Shown: piece after piece, positions 30,641 to 39,631 of the stretch | How the letters are laid out: every line of letters starts with the position of its first letter | How positions within the stretch are numbered: the first letter of the stretch is position 1 | IMG/VR virus record: IMGVR_UViG_3300029286_001711 | Reading direction: 5' to 3' (one strand) | Length of the DNA: 64,000 bases | Source: a virus | Taxonomy: Duplodnaviria > Caudoviricetes | Program-made: the position numbers and the translations under genes | The notes under the pieces: generated by a model | What the model was told of the DNA's origin: nothing | Seen by the model: the letters and a program-made list of their open reading frames with translations, nothing else | The model's database searches: none

Positions 30641-30742
30641 TTACTTATTACTATTTTCTTGCTAAATTTAGCACAGATCCTAATATTAAATAATAAGCTT
30701 ATAAGTTAATATAAAAGGTAAATAAATAAAGCAGATCAAAAA

Positions 30743-33502
30743 TTAACTAGCCATCCCTCTTTTGGAATATTCGTGTGTGGAGAAAATCATTTTGGCAAGT
30801 TCTTCTTTTTGTGCAGAATTTAATTTACTAAGGTCTATTTCCGTACTACTACCATTCTTACCCGTTAATTCTATTTCCCCATCCACTGTAAGAGACTCAT
30901 CGAATTTAATTGTTGTGGTACCACCTAACAATGACAACCATTGTGCAAGTTCCTTTAAAGAGTTTAATTTGTCGGTATCTACACTATTTATCGCACCTAC
31001 AGATGAGGCAAGTGTAGAACCCATTTTTGTTAACATCATTATAATTGGTAATCCAACTATGGCTGTAGTGGTTAAACCAAACATAGCTTGACCTAATTTT
31101 TCAACACCCATTGCCATTACCATAAAACCAGTACCCGCGGAAATTAAACCAGAACCATCACCACCGATAGCTGTACTAAATTGAATTAATGGTGCCGTGA
31201 CAGCACTTAATCCTAACCCCAATACTAATAAGGCACCCCCTAAAGCTATCATCGCTATAATACCAGCACCAAATAAAACAGCTCCAATACCAGTTGCCAT
31301 CAGTAAACCCAAACCAAATATTGCGGCTGTGAAAACCACTAACGCAACCCCAGCTATCGCTAGAGACTCCCAAGATAGACCCTGCATAAGACTCATACCG
31401 TAAGCAAACGGTATTAATGAGGCACCAAGTAGTGTTATCGCAATAGCCCCTTCAATCATAGAACCAGAGGCTTTACCGATTAACCAAGCTGCAACACCCA
31501 ACACCGTCAAACCGACAGCGGCCTGAGCCAATGTTTCCCAACCGTTTTGTAATTTATCAAATTCTTGTAGGGCTTTAGCAAACACAAATAATGCGGCCGA
31601 CAAGATTAAAATTGCGGCAGCCCCCTTAATCATATCCATTGGATTAAGACCCTTTGTCATCTGACCCGGCCCATTATCTATTGCAGGACCTTGTGTTACT
31701 CTAGTTAAACCCCCCCCAGCGTTTCTCTTAAAACCACCAGATTGACTTTTTAAAAAGTCTTTAGTATTTGTAGATAGTCCACCTTTACCTGTGGTTCCCG
31801 CCTGGAAACCTTTTGTAGATAGTCCACCTTTACCTGTGGTTCCCGCCTGGAAACCTTTCGCCATTTCTAATCCAGCTTTAAAATGTTTCCCAGTTCCAAA
31901 AAACCCCTTAACAATATCTATAGCTTTAAAGACCTGCATACCAGCCCAAAGTAGGGTTACAGCACCTAGGAATATACCGATACCCTTAGTCCAAGTTTTA
32001 ATGGAACCCATAAATTCAGTGATTTTGGTTGTCAAAACATCAACGCCGGGTTTAAGATATTCCTGTAAAGCTTGTAACAAAGGCCATGTTGCCATCATTA
32101 ACTGATCTAACACACCCTGCCACTGTTGTCTCATACTAACAGCATCCTTCTGACTTTTATCAGCTAATTTTCTTTTTTCCATTAAAACTTCAGCATCACC
32201 CTTAGTAAGTTCAGACAGTTTTTTTATGTTAGCAGTACCATCTTTATTAAACCCTACTTGAATTGTACCGTCAGCATCAGCTAACCCACTTAACATATCT
32301 ATCTGTTCTTGATCTAATCCCTTACCTTTTAATAAACCCTCAAACATGTTTATTTTAGCACCCTGTTTAGCTGTTTTCACTAACTCTTCATAACTAATAC
32401 CTAAAGCGGCACCAGCTTCTTTTAACCTATCTAATTCATAGGCGTTAACCTTCCACTCACCCGTGGTTTTATCAAAAGTTGCTGAGGCTGTCGCAGCCTT
32501 AGTTAAACTTTTAGCCAACTCCTCTGGTGAATTACGTGCTTTATACATTAATTGGAATGGGTCACCTAATGAGGATAACGAACCACCTAAGACTTGTAAT
32601 TGGGCCGCGGCCTCAATAGCACCCTCGGGTCTGAATACTTTATCAGCTACCGCTGCCACAGAATTCATATCTAATTTATATTTCTCAGAATATTTGGACA
32701 TTGCCATCATTCCTTTAACACCGTTCTTAAAGTTTAATTTATTCATTAAACCTAAATTTGATTGAAAACTTTTAAGTACCTTGGCTGAGTTAACACCTAT
32801 TGATTCAGCATCAGAAGAAAGTTGTGTTACCAACTCAACAGACTTTGTCGCTCCCAAACCAAACGCCTCCATTTGAGCTGCCATTTGAGAAATACCATCA
32901 ACACCCAAACCAGTTTTGGTTCCTAGTATAGCCATATTCTCAAGGGCTTGTTCACTTAATATAACGGAACGACCTAATTCGTCAGAATAAGAACCTTGTG
33001 CCTCAGCTAGAGCTGTAGCAGATACACCCCACGCAGCGGTTTTCATTCCGGCATTAATGATGTTGGTTTGCATGACACTCATCCTTTGACCAGATATACC
33101 CATGGTATTAGCTGTTTTACGAACAGCCTCATCAAAATCAAACCACTTAGTTAAAATATTACCTACTACACCTAAAAACTGTTTGTCTAAAATGTTAGCG
33201 CTAGCTTTAAGTAGGGAACCTTGTTTCCTTAATTCTTTATTAACTTCTAATAGTTGGTCGTATTCTTTTCTTAAAACCTTAGCCTTTTTTAACGACTCCT
33301 TTGTACCCTCTTTTTCTAATTCGAGGATTTCTGCTTGCATTGTTTTAAGTTCTTTCCATATCTTACCAATCTTTGCTTGCCATTCAGCATATGATTGTAT
33401 GGAGTCTACCTGACTCTTAAAGTTCTCCTTAATGTCTTGTTGAATTTTGAGAAACTCTATTTCGTCCTTTTTGTTTCTTTTAAAGTTACCTTCGTTCGCC
33501 AT
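30743..33502 (-). CDS. Tail tape measure protein (919 aa)
   Basis: Long Ala/Leu/Gly-rich helical protein with periodic hydrophobic segments in the C-terminal third, located downstream of the tail chaperone and upstream of the baseplate genes. Confidence 0.85.
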   Translation of the reverse strand: MANEGNFKRNKKDEIEFLKIQQDIKENFKSQVDSIQSYAEWQAKIGKIWKELKTMQAEILELEKEGTKESLKKAKVLRKEYDQLLEVNKELRKQGSLLKASANILDKQFLGVVGNILTKWFDFDEAVRKTANTMGISGQRMSVMQTNIINAGMKTAAWGVSATALAEAQGSYSDELGRSVILSEQALENMAILGTKTGLGVDGISQMAAQMEAFGLGATKSVELVTQLSSDAESIGVNSAKVLKSFQSNLGLMNKLNFKNGVKGMMAMSKYSEKYKLDMNSVAAVADKVFRPEGAIEAAAQLQVLGGSLSSLGDPFQLMYKARNSPEELAKSLTKAATASATFDKTTGEWKVNAYELDRLKEAGAALGISYEELVKTAKQGAKINMFEGLLKGKGLDQEQIDMLSGLADADGTIQVGFNKDGTANIKKLSELTKGDAEVLMEKRKLADKSQKDAVSMRQQWQGVLDQLMMATWPLLQALQEYLKPGVDVLTTKITEFMGSIKTWTKGIGIFLGAVTLLWAGMQVFKAIDIVKGFFGTGKHFKAGLEMAKGFQAGTTGKGGLSTKGFQAGTTGKGGLSTNTKDFLKSQSGGFKRNAGGGLTRVTQGPAIDNGPGQMTKGLNPMDMIKGAAAILILSAALFVFAKALQEFDKLQNGWETLAQAAVGLTVLGVAAWLIGKASGSMIEGAIAITLLGASLIPFAYGMSLMQGLSWESLAIAGVALVVFTAAIFGLGLLMATGIGAVLFGAGIIAMIALGGALLVLGLGLSAVTAPLIQFSTAIGGDGSGLISAGTGFMVMAMGVEKLGQAMFGLTTTAIVGLPIIMMLTKMGSTLASSVGAINSVDTDKLNSLKELAQWLSLLGGTTTIKFDESLTVDGEIELTGKNGSSTEIDLSKLNSAQKEELAKMIFSTHEYSKRGMAS
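31767..31858. repeat. Perfect 45-nt tandem duplication inside the tape measure gene
   Basis: Two identical 45-nt units (31767-31811, 31812-31856) encoding KGFQAGTTGKGGLST twice. Confidence 0.95.
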
Positions 33503-35373
33503 TATCTATTTTTTAGTATTAAGACCCCTTCAAAAGGTTCTTGTGGATAACCCAAAGCTTTCTTACCTATTAAAACATCAATAGGTTTAGAAGAGGTCCA
33601 ATTAATTAGACCACCATCTTTTGGTTTTACCATTAAAAACCCATCACCAGATCCTGATTTTTTGATAATGATAGAAAAGTTTTCACCTTTATCACCACTC
33701 ATACTTTTTCTAATCTCTAGGTTTTGATCACCCTGATTAAATAAATTTATTATTTCTTTTACGTTTAAATCGGAAGGGGTATCAGATTTTTCAACATCAT
33801 ATAACCTACCAATAACTGGGTAAAATTTCTTATCCTCCATTGAGGTATTGGTTAACGGCTTACCTTGTTCACCCCCTTTACCCCCACCGCCATAAGTGGT
33901 CTCAATATCACCATCTTTTTTAGCTTTACCCTTTGGACCTAAAACTATACCCTTTAAATATATTTTTGCTGTTGTATTAGATTTTTTTTGATCTTCGTCA
34001 GCTTCAAATATTAACTCTGTATTATCTGATATGTAACGATAAAAATCTTCTGCCACTCCAGTATTTGACATTGACGCCTTTGGCATGTTTTTTACTTTCA
34101 CATTCTTACCACTATTTTGTTTCCCATTACCTTTAATCATTTCGGATAGTTTTGAAAAACTAACTAAAAAGTTTTTAAAACTTCCTACTAATTTTTTCCA
34201 AAGTTGTTTTCTTGTTTGTACATCGGCAATACTAGTTTTACCCTTAGTAGCTATAAAGTATAGTTGTTTATAGAAATCTTTAATAACTTGAAAAGTTTGT
34301 GAGTTTCTACCATTTTTTGCTACCTTAGCGAAAATAGAAAAAACATCGAACATAAAATTCTGTAGGTTTAGTTTAACCTTTAAATATTTTCTTTGATTAC
34401 CAGACATTGAAGTTGGTGCTTCTAATAACCCTTGTGATTTTAAACCCTTTAAGGCTGTTAAAAGTGGTTGTTGATTTATTTTAATAGATTTTGTCCCATC
34501 AATAATAGCATCTAAAAAAATCTTTTGGAATTCTGGGTCGTCTTTGTACGCTGTTAATATGTTAAACCAACGAGCTTTATCTTTCGTACTGGAAAGCTTA
34601 GCGTTAACCTCCTTTAAATCTTTTCCGTTATAAAAATTACCTTCCTTTTCATTCTGAGTAGAATTATTATCTTCTCCACCTTTTTTAATATTTTTTCTAT
34701 TAACGATAACGGTACCACCCTTACCATCACCTATCGTAAAATTATCACCGTCTATTTTAGTAATACCACCTTTACCGTTCTCTCCACCATCAGTTGTAAA
34801 ATCAACCGTATCACCCACTTTGTATTCCTCACCCTCTGTTTCTAAATCACCACTTTTTATTGTGGTAACAAAAGAAGGACCAAACTCTACCGTATAAAAT
34901 TTACCCTCACTTTCACCCACAGCTAAAGCAATTATTTTTTTCTTGGTACCTGGTAATACAGTATAGACCTCATTACTTTCAGTAAATTTTATTAAAAAAG
35001 TTGATTCACTATTTTGTGGTTTGAATTCTAAAATTAAATTATTAGAATCTTTAACAACCCTAGCTAATCCAGTAAATGTTTGTGATTTTGGTAGTGTTAG
35101 TTCCTCTGGGTTATCTAATAAATCCTGTAAAACGTAACTTAATTTAAAAGGTTCAACAGATAATTGTTGTATTGAAAAAATAGTGTCTAGTTCTGGTAAA
35201 TTAACACCCATACGAGCCATTATTTCTTTAGCTCTTCCAGCGGCCATCTCACCTCTAGCTCCAGATGCTGCAGCCTCATCACCAGTAACTGAAGTTGGTT
35301 TAGCTTCAGTCATGATATATTCTAACAGTATCTTGTCTGATGTGACTTTTTTAATTAAGGTATTAATGCTCAT
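33502..35373 (-). CDS. Hypothetical protein (623 aa), candidate internal head/ejected protein
   Basis: Own late motif. N-terminus TLIKKV...ILLE. Central KOW/SH3-like segment (YKVGDTVDF...). Lys-rich. Confidence 0.55.
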   Translation of the reverse strand: MSINTLIKKVTSDKILLEYIMTEAKPTSVTGDEAAASGARGEMAAGRAKEIMARMGVNLPELDTIFSIQQLSVEPFKLSYVLQDLLDNPEELTLPKSQTFTGLARVVKDSNNLILEFKPQNSESTFLIKFTESNEVYTVLPGTKKKIIALAVGESEGKFYTVEFGPSFVTTIKSGDLETEGEEYKVGDTVDFTTDGGENGKGGITKIDGDNFTIGDGKGGTVIVNRKNIKKGGEDNNSTQNEKEGNFYNGKDLKEVNAKLSSTKDKARWFNILTAYKDDPEFQKIFLDAIIDGTKSIKINQQPLLTALKGLKSQGLLEAPTSMSGNQRKYLKVKLNLQNFMFDVFSIFAKVAKNGRNSQTFQVIKDFYKQLYFIATKGKTSIADVQTRKQLWKKLVGSFKNFLVSFSKLSEMIKGNGKQNSGKNVKVKNMPKASMSNTGVAEDFYRYISDNTELIFEADEDQKKSNTTAKIYLKGIVLGPKGKAKKDGDIETTYGGGGKGGEQGKPLTNTSMEDKKFYPVIGRLYDVEKSDTPSDLNVKEIINLFNQGDQNLEIRKSMSGDKGENFSIIIKKSGSGDGFLMVKPKDGGLINWTSSKPIDVLIGKKALGYPQEPFEGVLILKNR

Positions 35374-35384
35374 AATGATTTCTT

Positions 35385-35393
35385 TATAAATAT
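35385..35393 (-). promoter_or_regulatory. Putative late promoter motif ATATTTATA
   Basis: 11 nt upstream of ATG 35373, just after a terminator. Confidence 0.6.
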
Positions 35394-35403
35394 CACTTAA
35401 ATT

Positions 35404-35430
35404 AAAAATGGGACTTTCGTCCCATCTTTT
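35404..35430 (-). terminator. Rho-independent terminator after the chaperone frameshift product
   Basis: Stem ATGGGAC/GTCCCAT, GAAA loop and U5 tract on the minus strand. Confidence 0.8.
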
Positions 35431-35630
35431 ATCTTGATTTTCCTTTTGTTTTAGCTTTGTCGTATTCTTTCTTTTGTTCTTCTAATTCTTGTTGCCACAT
35501 GTCGAGATAGATTCTTCTTTCCCAGATTGGCATACTTAACGTTGATTCGTAAGAAAATCTCATATGTTTTACCATATAATATATTTCTCTTTTAAGACCT
35601 AAATTATACTCTGACGTTAGGCCAAAAAAA
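35429..35630 (-). CDS. C-terminal extension of the tail assembly chaperone (gpT-like), probably reached by frameshift
   Basis: Frame FFGLTSEYNLGLKREIYYMVKH...SMPIWERRIYL overlaps the chaperone end at a U7 run. No start codon covers its first ~17 residues other than one far upstream at 35710. Confidence 0.7.
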
Positions 35631-36383
35631 GTTGAGTCCGAGGGTAATTGGAGCTTGAAATGTGCCTGTCGGTCCCTCCACTTCGGCCGACATCTCAATT
35701 CCTGGTTCAATGTTATCTGAATATTCTCTAAATTTAAGAGAATCGAATGCTGGCATCACATTAACGAATTGTTGAATGTAATTAGAATCCCTATTACCAT
35801 CAACTTCTTTAATTTGTGCTTGTAACCTATATGTTAATGTGTTTGAAATTTGAGACTTTGTTGCTTTCTCATATTTATCAGCCCTATTAACAATAGAACG
35901 TTCATCACCAACAGTTAATAATGTAAATTTAATTTTTTTCTTACTTCTAGGTAAATCAAAAGAGAACTCACCTCTTTCATCTGGTGTTACACCATCTGGT
36001 AATTCTTTTGAGGCTAAAGCACTTAAATCGAATTCATGTTCAAATTCAACACCACTTGTAGGATCTGTTATTTTAACTGGGTACATCTCACCGTATCCTG
36101 TTGCTCTTAACCAAATCATAATGGCGTTTCTATCGCCAACTAATAATTGGTCGAAAGGTACTGGGGATTCTTTAATCTTTCTTTCTAACAATATTTCAAT
36201 GGCTTTACCATTCTTAATTAAGTTAGGTGATGTTAGGATGTTCTCATCCATTGCTGTCATATATTCCACTTTAACTGTACCAACCTGTCCAGGATACAAT
36301 AACCCCTTAGATGGTAAAGGTAGAACGTCAAACGGAGCTTGGAATTGAATATCTTGAGCTTGTTGTTGATTTTGTTTTGACAT
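35604..36383 (-). CDS. Tail assembly chaperone / T4 gp26-like baseplate hub assembly protein (259 aa)
   Basis: LPLPSKGLLY, YMTAMDENILTSPNL, LLVGDRNAIMIWLR and LGLNFFWP motifs. Upstream of the tape measure gene. Confidence 0.75.
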   Translation of the reverse strand: MSKQNQQQAQDIQFQAPFDVLPLPSKGLLYPGQVGTVKVEYMTAMDENILTSPNLIKNGKAIEILLERKIKESPVPFDQLLVGDRNAIMIWLRATGYGEMYPVKITDPTSGVEFEHEFDLSALASKELPDGVTPDERGEFSFDLPRSKKKIKFTLLTVGDERSIVNRADKYEKATKSQISNTLTYRLQAQIKEVDGNRDSNYIQQFVNVMPAFDSLKFREYSDNIEPGIEMSAEVEGPTGTFQAPITLGLNFFWPNVRV

Positions 36384-36451
36384 ATTAAAAACTTTTTTTA
36401 ACTTTGTTATTCAGAATAACTTTAAAACTATATCTATAATTGTAAAGGTTC

Positions 36452-36459
36452 TATAAATA
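36452..36459 (-). promoter_or_regulatory. Putative late promoter motif TATTTATA
   Basis: 68 nt upstream of the chaperone ATG, in a divergent intergenic region. Confidence 0.45.
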
Positions 36460-36492
36460 AATACATTATTTTCGGTTTTTTCTCGTGAAAGA

Positions 36493-36524
36493 TTTGTTCT
36501 TTCTGAGAATTATTATTATCTTTA
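36493..36524 (+). promoter_or_regulatory. Bacteroidota-type housekeeping promoter (TTTG-N20-TATCTTTA)
   Basis: -33 TTTG at 36493-36496 and -7 element at 36517-36524, 21 nt before ATG 36546. Confidence 0.55.
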
Positions 36525-36545
36525 CGTATAAATCTAAACAAACAT

Positions 36546-37565
36546 ATGAAAATGACAGAAGATAAACTTAATCGTTTAAAAGAAGTGCTTTCAGTTCCTA
36601 CTTATTCTAGGGATGAAGCACTCATGATTGAGTATTTGAGAAAGACGTTAACAGAAAAAGGGTATGAACCGACCGTTGACGAGTGGGGGAATGTTTATGT
36701 GACGAAAGGTACCGCAGAATGGTATCCTTGTTTTATTGCACACACAGACACAGTACATAAGGTGAATGAAAACTTAGTTATCATTCAGGAAGAAAAGAAT
36801 GGTGAAACTATTCTTAGAGGTATCGATAAAACGAACAACATGCCATCAGGATGTGGTGGTGATGATAAATGTGGTGTGTACTTATGTCTTGAAATGTTAG
36901 ACACATTACCAAACGTTAAAATAGCTTTATTTGTTTCGGAAGAAATTGGTTGTAAGGGTAGTCAATACGCTGACCCAGAGTTCTTCAAGAATGTTGGTTA
37001 TGTAATTCAATACGATTCTCCTGAAGGGGATTCAATGAGTTTAACATTAATGGGTAGATACTTGTTCAACCAAAAATCAGAATTTTCTGATAAGGTTTCT
37101 GGTTTAATCAGAGAACATGGTATTACAAATTGGGCTTATCACCCTTATACCGATGTTTGGCAAATATTTGAGAAATTTAACATCGCATGTTTGAATTTAG
37201 CAGCTGGTTATTACAGAATGCATTCTGACAATGAATATGTAAAAGTTGATGATGTTCAAAACGGTTATGAACTTGGTTTGAAATTACTTGAACAACTAGG
37301 TGAAAACAGATACGAAAACCCAAAAGAAGAAAGAACATATTCTTGGAATGGTGGTTACGGTACTGGTAGTTATAAAAAGACCCAAAAACCCGATACTGGT
37401 GGTCAAAAACTTCTTACTGAAGGTAAGGAGAAAGATGGTGATGAAAAAGAATATGATGATTGGGCCGACCTTTTTAATAGTGGTGAGTATCTATATACAA
37501 ACCGTGATAAGGGTGGATCTTCTTATTATGGTCGTCACTGGGATGAAGACAGATTTAATTGGTAA
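36546..37565 (+). CDS. M20/M28/M42-clan zinc peptidase
   Basis: AHTDTVH, GGDDKCG, SEEIGC, QYD and HSDNE metal-ligand pattern. Confidence 0.85.
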   Translation: MKMTEDKLNRLKEVLSVPTYSRDEALMIEYLRKTLTEKGYEPTVDEWGNVYVTKGTAEWYPCFIAHTDTVHKVNENLVIIQEEKNGETILRGIDKTNNMPSGCGGDDKCGVYLCLEMLDTLPNVKIALFVSEEIGCKGSQYADPEFFKNVGYVIQYDSPEGDSMSLTLMGRYLFNQKSEFSDKVSGLIREHGITNWAYHPYTDVWQIFEKFNIACLNLAAGYYRMHSDNEYVKVDDVQNGYELGLKLLEQLGENRYENPKEERTYSWNGGYGTGSYKKTQKPDTGGQKLLTEGKEKDGDEKEYDDWADLFNSGEYLYTNRDKGGSSYYGRHWDEDRFNW

Positions 37566-37567
37566 AC

Positions 37568-37595
37568 AAAAAAGGGACTTAAAAGTCCCTTTTTT
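37568..37595. terminator. Bidirectional terminator between convergent genes
   Basis: AAAAAAGGGACTT-AA-AAGTCCCTTTTTT. Confidence 0.85.
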
Positions 37596-37597
37596 AA

Positions 37598-38236
37598 TTA
37601 TTCATTACTACTTCTTTTATACTCGGCAAATTCATCATCGTGTTTTTTGATTGTTTTACCAACAACACCACCTGCGGCAGCTGCCGCAACAACCCAAATT
37701 AAAGGTATTAAATAAGTTTTAGGGTCTTCAAGGTTACCACCACCAGTCATTACACCAGCACTAAATAAAGAACCAAGAACAGTCCCGAGAGTACCACCTA
37801 TACCAGCACCACTCAATGGTGTAACTTTACTGCCCATTAAATAATCGTTTTTATCTTCTTTCTTTTCAACCTCTGAATCGGAAGATTCGATATCACCTTT
37901 ATATGTTGGTAATGGTTTATCTTCAACTTCATTAACTGAATAACCTTCTGAAATAGAATCTACAGCTGGTTTTACAATGGAATCAATAGATTCACCATGT
38001 TTTATTGCTTTTACTGACTGAACTAAAACCTCTTTTGGTACACCCATTGAGATTAATTCTTTGATGGCTTTTTTAAGGGTTTCTGGGTCTGACGCTAAAT
38101 CTTTAGCGATATCTTGTACTTCTTTATTTTGTGATAAAGAATAATCCTCTTTTAATAATCCCTTAGATTTTAAGTAAGAATTTTCCACCCTTTGATTGGC
38201 TTCCATAATTACTTTTAATTTATCTTGTTTTCTCAT
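37598..38236 (-). CDS. Leader-bearing protein with a C-terminal glycine-zipper transmembrane hairpin (212 aa)
   Basis: N-terminus MRKQDKLKVIME...LLKE. C-terminal GAGIGGTLGTVLGSLF and LIPLIWVVAAAAAGGVVG hydrophobic segments. Confidence 0.6.
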   Translation of the reverse strand: MRKQDKLKVIMEANQRVENSYLKSKGLLKEDYSLSQNKEVQDIAKDLASDPETLKKAIKELISMGVPKEVLVQSVKAIKHGESIDSIVKPAVDSISEGYSVNEVEDKPLPTYKGDIESSDSEVEKKEDKNDYLMGSKVTPLSGAGIGGTLGTVLGSLFSAGVMTGGGNLEDPKTYLIPLIWVVAAAAAGGVVGKTIKKHDDEFAEYKRSSNE

Positions 38237-38248
38237 TGTGGTTTTATT

Positions 38249-38256
38249 TATAAATA
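38249..38256 (-). promoter_or_regulatory. Putative late promoter motif TATTTATA
   Basis: 12 nt upstream of ATG 38236. Confidence 0.55.
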
Positions 38257-38257
38257 G

Positions 38258-39631
38258 TTATAACATTTGATATGTTAGGTATAATCCTGGAAAGTAAGCT
38301 GCGATTTCACGTCTCTTAGTCCAATGGTCAATGTTTTCTAAATGTTCGTATTGTTGACCCCAAAGATAATCATAGGGTAAACTTTGTGAGTATTCTATTA
38401 ATTTTTTACCAATACCTAACCCTTTATACTCTGGGTCAATACCTAAAGCCACGCCCTCAACACCATCTAAATTTTGGAATTCCATTGGATTAACCTTAAT
38501 TGAACCTGGGTTTTTTTCTTCACATTCTTCTGGCGAGTAACAATTATAATCTCTTTGCATATAGTGTAACATATAATCAGCAATTTGATTTTCAGCTAAA
38601 AAATAAAATCCAACCACCTTACCTTGATAAGTTGCTTTAACAGATATATCCCAATCGGTGGCCTCAGAAAGGTATTTTATTAATGCCTTTGGTGTCATTT
38701 GACCCTCAAAAACCTTCAAACCAACTCTTAAGGCGTCAAGAATCTCATCTTCATCTTCAAAATTAGATATTTCTATTCCTTCAGAATATGTTTTTTTATC
38801 TTCTGGAAATTCTATTTCTAATTGGTTTGGATCACCATCAACCTCTTCCTCCTCATCACTAACATAATCATCACCATCTTTTAACCAACTAACAAATTCT
38901 TCTGCAAATTGTTCAATAGATAAATCCGTTACATCAACCTCATTTGAAAATTCTTGTACTTCAGCGACATTTGCTGTAACCCCATGAACAGATTGTAGTT
39001 CATGAATAAAATAACTAATATCCTCGTCAGTCCAATCCTCCCACCATTCTTTTTCGGTGGTTTCAGATTCTTCTGTCATAAAATCTTCTCTCTCATCTTC
39101 TGGAAACTCTTCATCTTCTATATCATCATCTGGATATATATCTTCATTGGCATTTGTTATTTCATAATAAAAATATTCACGTATTTTGTCTCTACCAGAG
39201 AACCAAATCTCATCAAATCCATCAATTTCATAAAGTAATCTACCCAACCAAGGATCGTTTACCATAAGTGTATCATGGTCATAATCAACAACAATAATCC
39301 AATGTGGTGTTCCTTGAACGTTTGCTCTAACAACACAAGGGTGTCCTTTGTCGATAGAGTCTTTAAGTGATTGATAAGGATCTTCTTCACTCATATGTTC
39401 AATATATTCAATACCCATGTATTTAAGACCTTTGACCATTCTATCAGGAGGTGTTCCAACAACCCAATCAGTACCACAAGCACGACATATATCAGATATT
39501 TTAAACCTGTTACCAACAAAAAAATCGTGAACCATCTTTAAACAAGTCGGACCACAACTATTTCCTGTTGGTTGATAGTGATGTGGGACTTGTATTTCGG
39601 ATAATATTTTTTTAATTCTACTCCTCACCAC
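38258..39631 (-). CDS. C39-like cysteine peptidase - acidic linker - GNAT acetyltransferase fusion (457 aa)
   Basis: QPTGNSCGP, PHWIIV and VNDPW (Q/C/H/D papain-like set) at the N-terminus. VEGVALGIDPEYKGLGIGKKLI (GNAT motif A) at the C-terminus. GTG start. Confidence 0.75.
   Translation of the reverse strand: MVRSRIKKILSEIQVPHHYQPTGNSCGPTCLKMVHDFFVGNRFKISDICRACGTDWVVGTPPDRMVKGLKYMGIEYIEHMSEEDPYQSLKDSIDKGHPCVVRANVQGTPHWIIVVDYDHDTLMVNDPWLGRLLYEIDGFDEIWFSGRDKIREYFYYEITNANEDIYPDDDIEDEEFPEDEREDFMTEESETTEKEWWEDWTDEDISYFIHELQSVHGVTANVAEVQEFSNEVDVTDLSIEQFAEEFVSWLKDGDDYVSDEEEEVDGDPNQLEIEFPEDKKTYSEGIEISNFEDEDEILDALRVGLKVFEGQMTPKALIKYLSEATDWDISVKATYQGKVVGFYFLAENQIADYMLHYMQRDYNCYSPEECEEKNPGSIKVNPMEFQNLDGVEGVALGIDPEYKGLGIGKKLIEYSQSLPYDYLWGQQYEHLENIDHWTKRREIAAYFPGLYLTYQML

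Noticed and set aside
30661-30672. Perfect 12-bp palindrome GCTAAATTTAGC in an AT-rich 130-nt gap (possible origin or operator)
   Set aside because: Palindromes of this size are expected by chance at this AT content, and no iterons or second copy were found.
35631-35710. Independent 93-aa gene starting at ATG 35710
   Set aside because: Its first ~27 codons lie inside the chaperone gene with no start context. The protein-like part begins at the U7 run.
36406-36420. Inverted repeat GTTATTC-A-GAATAAC upstream of the chaperone gene
   Set aside because: Single occurrence with borderline chance expectation. It could be an operator but nothing else supports it.
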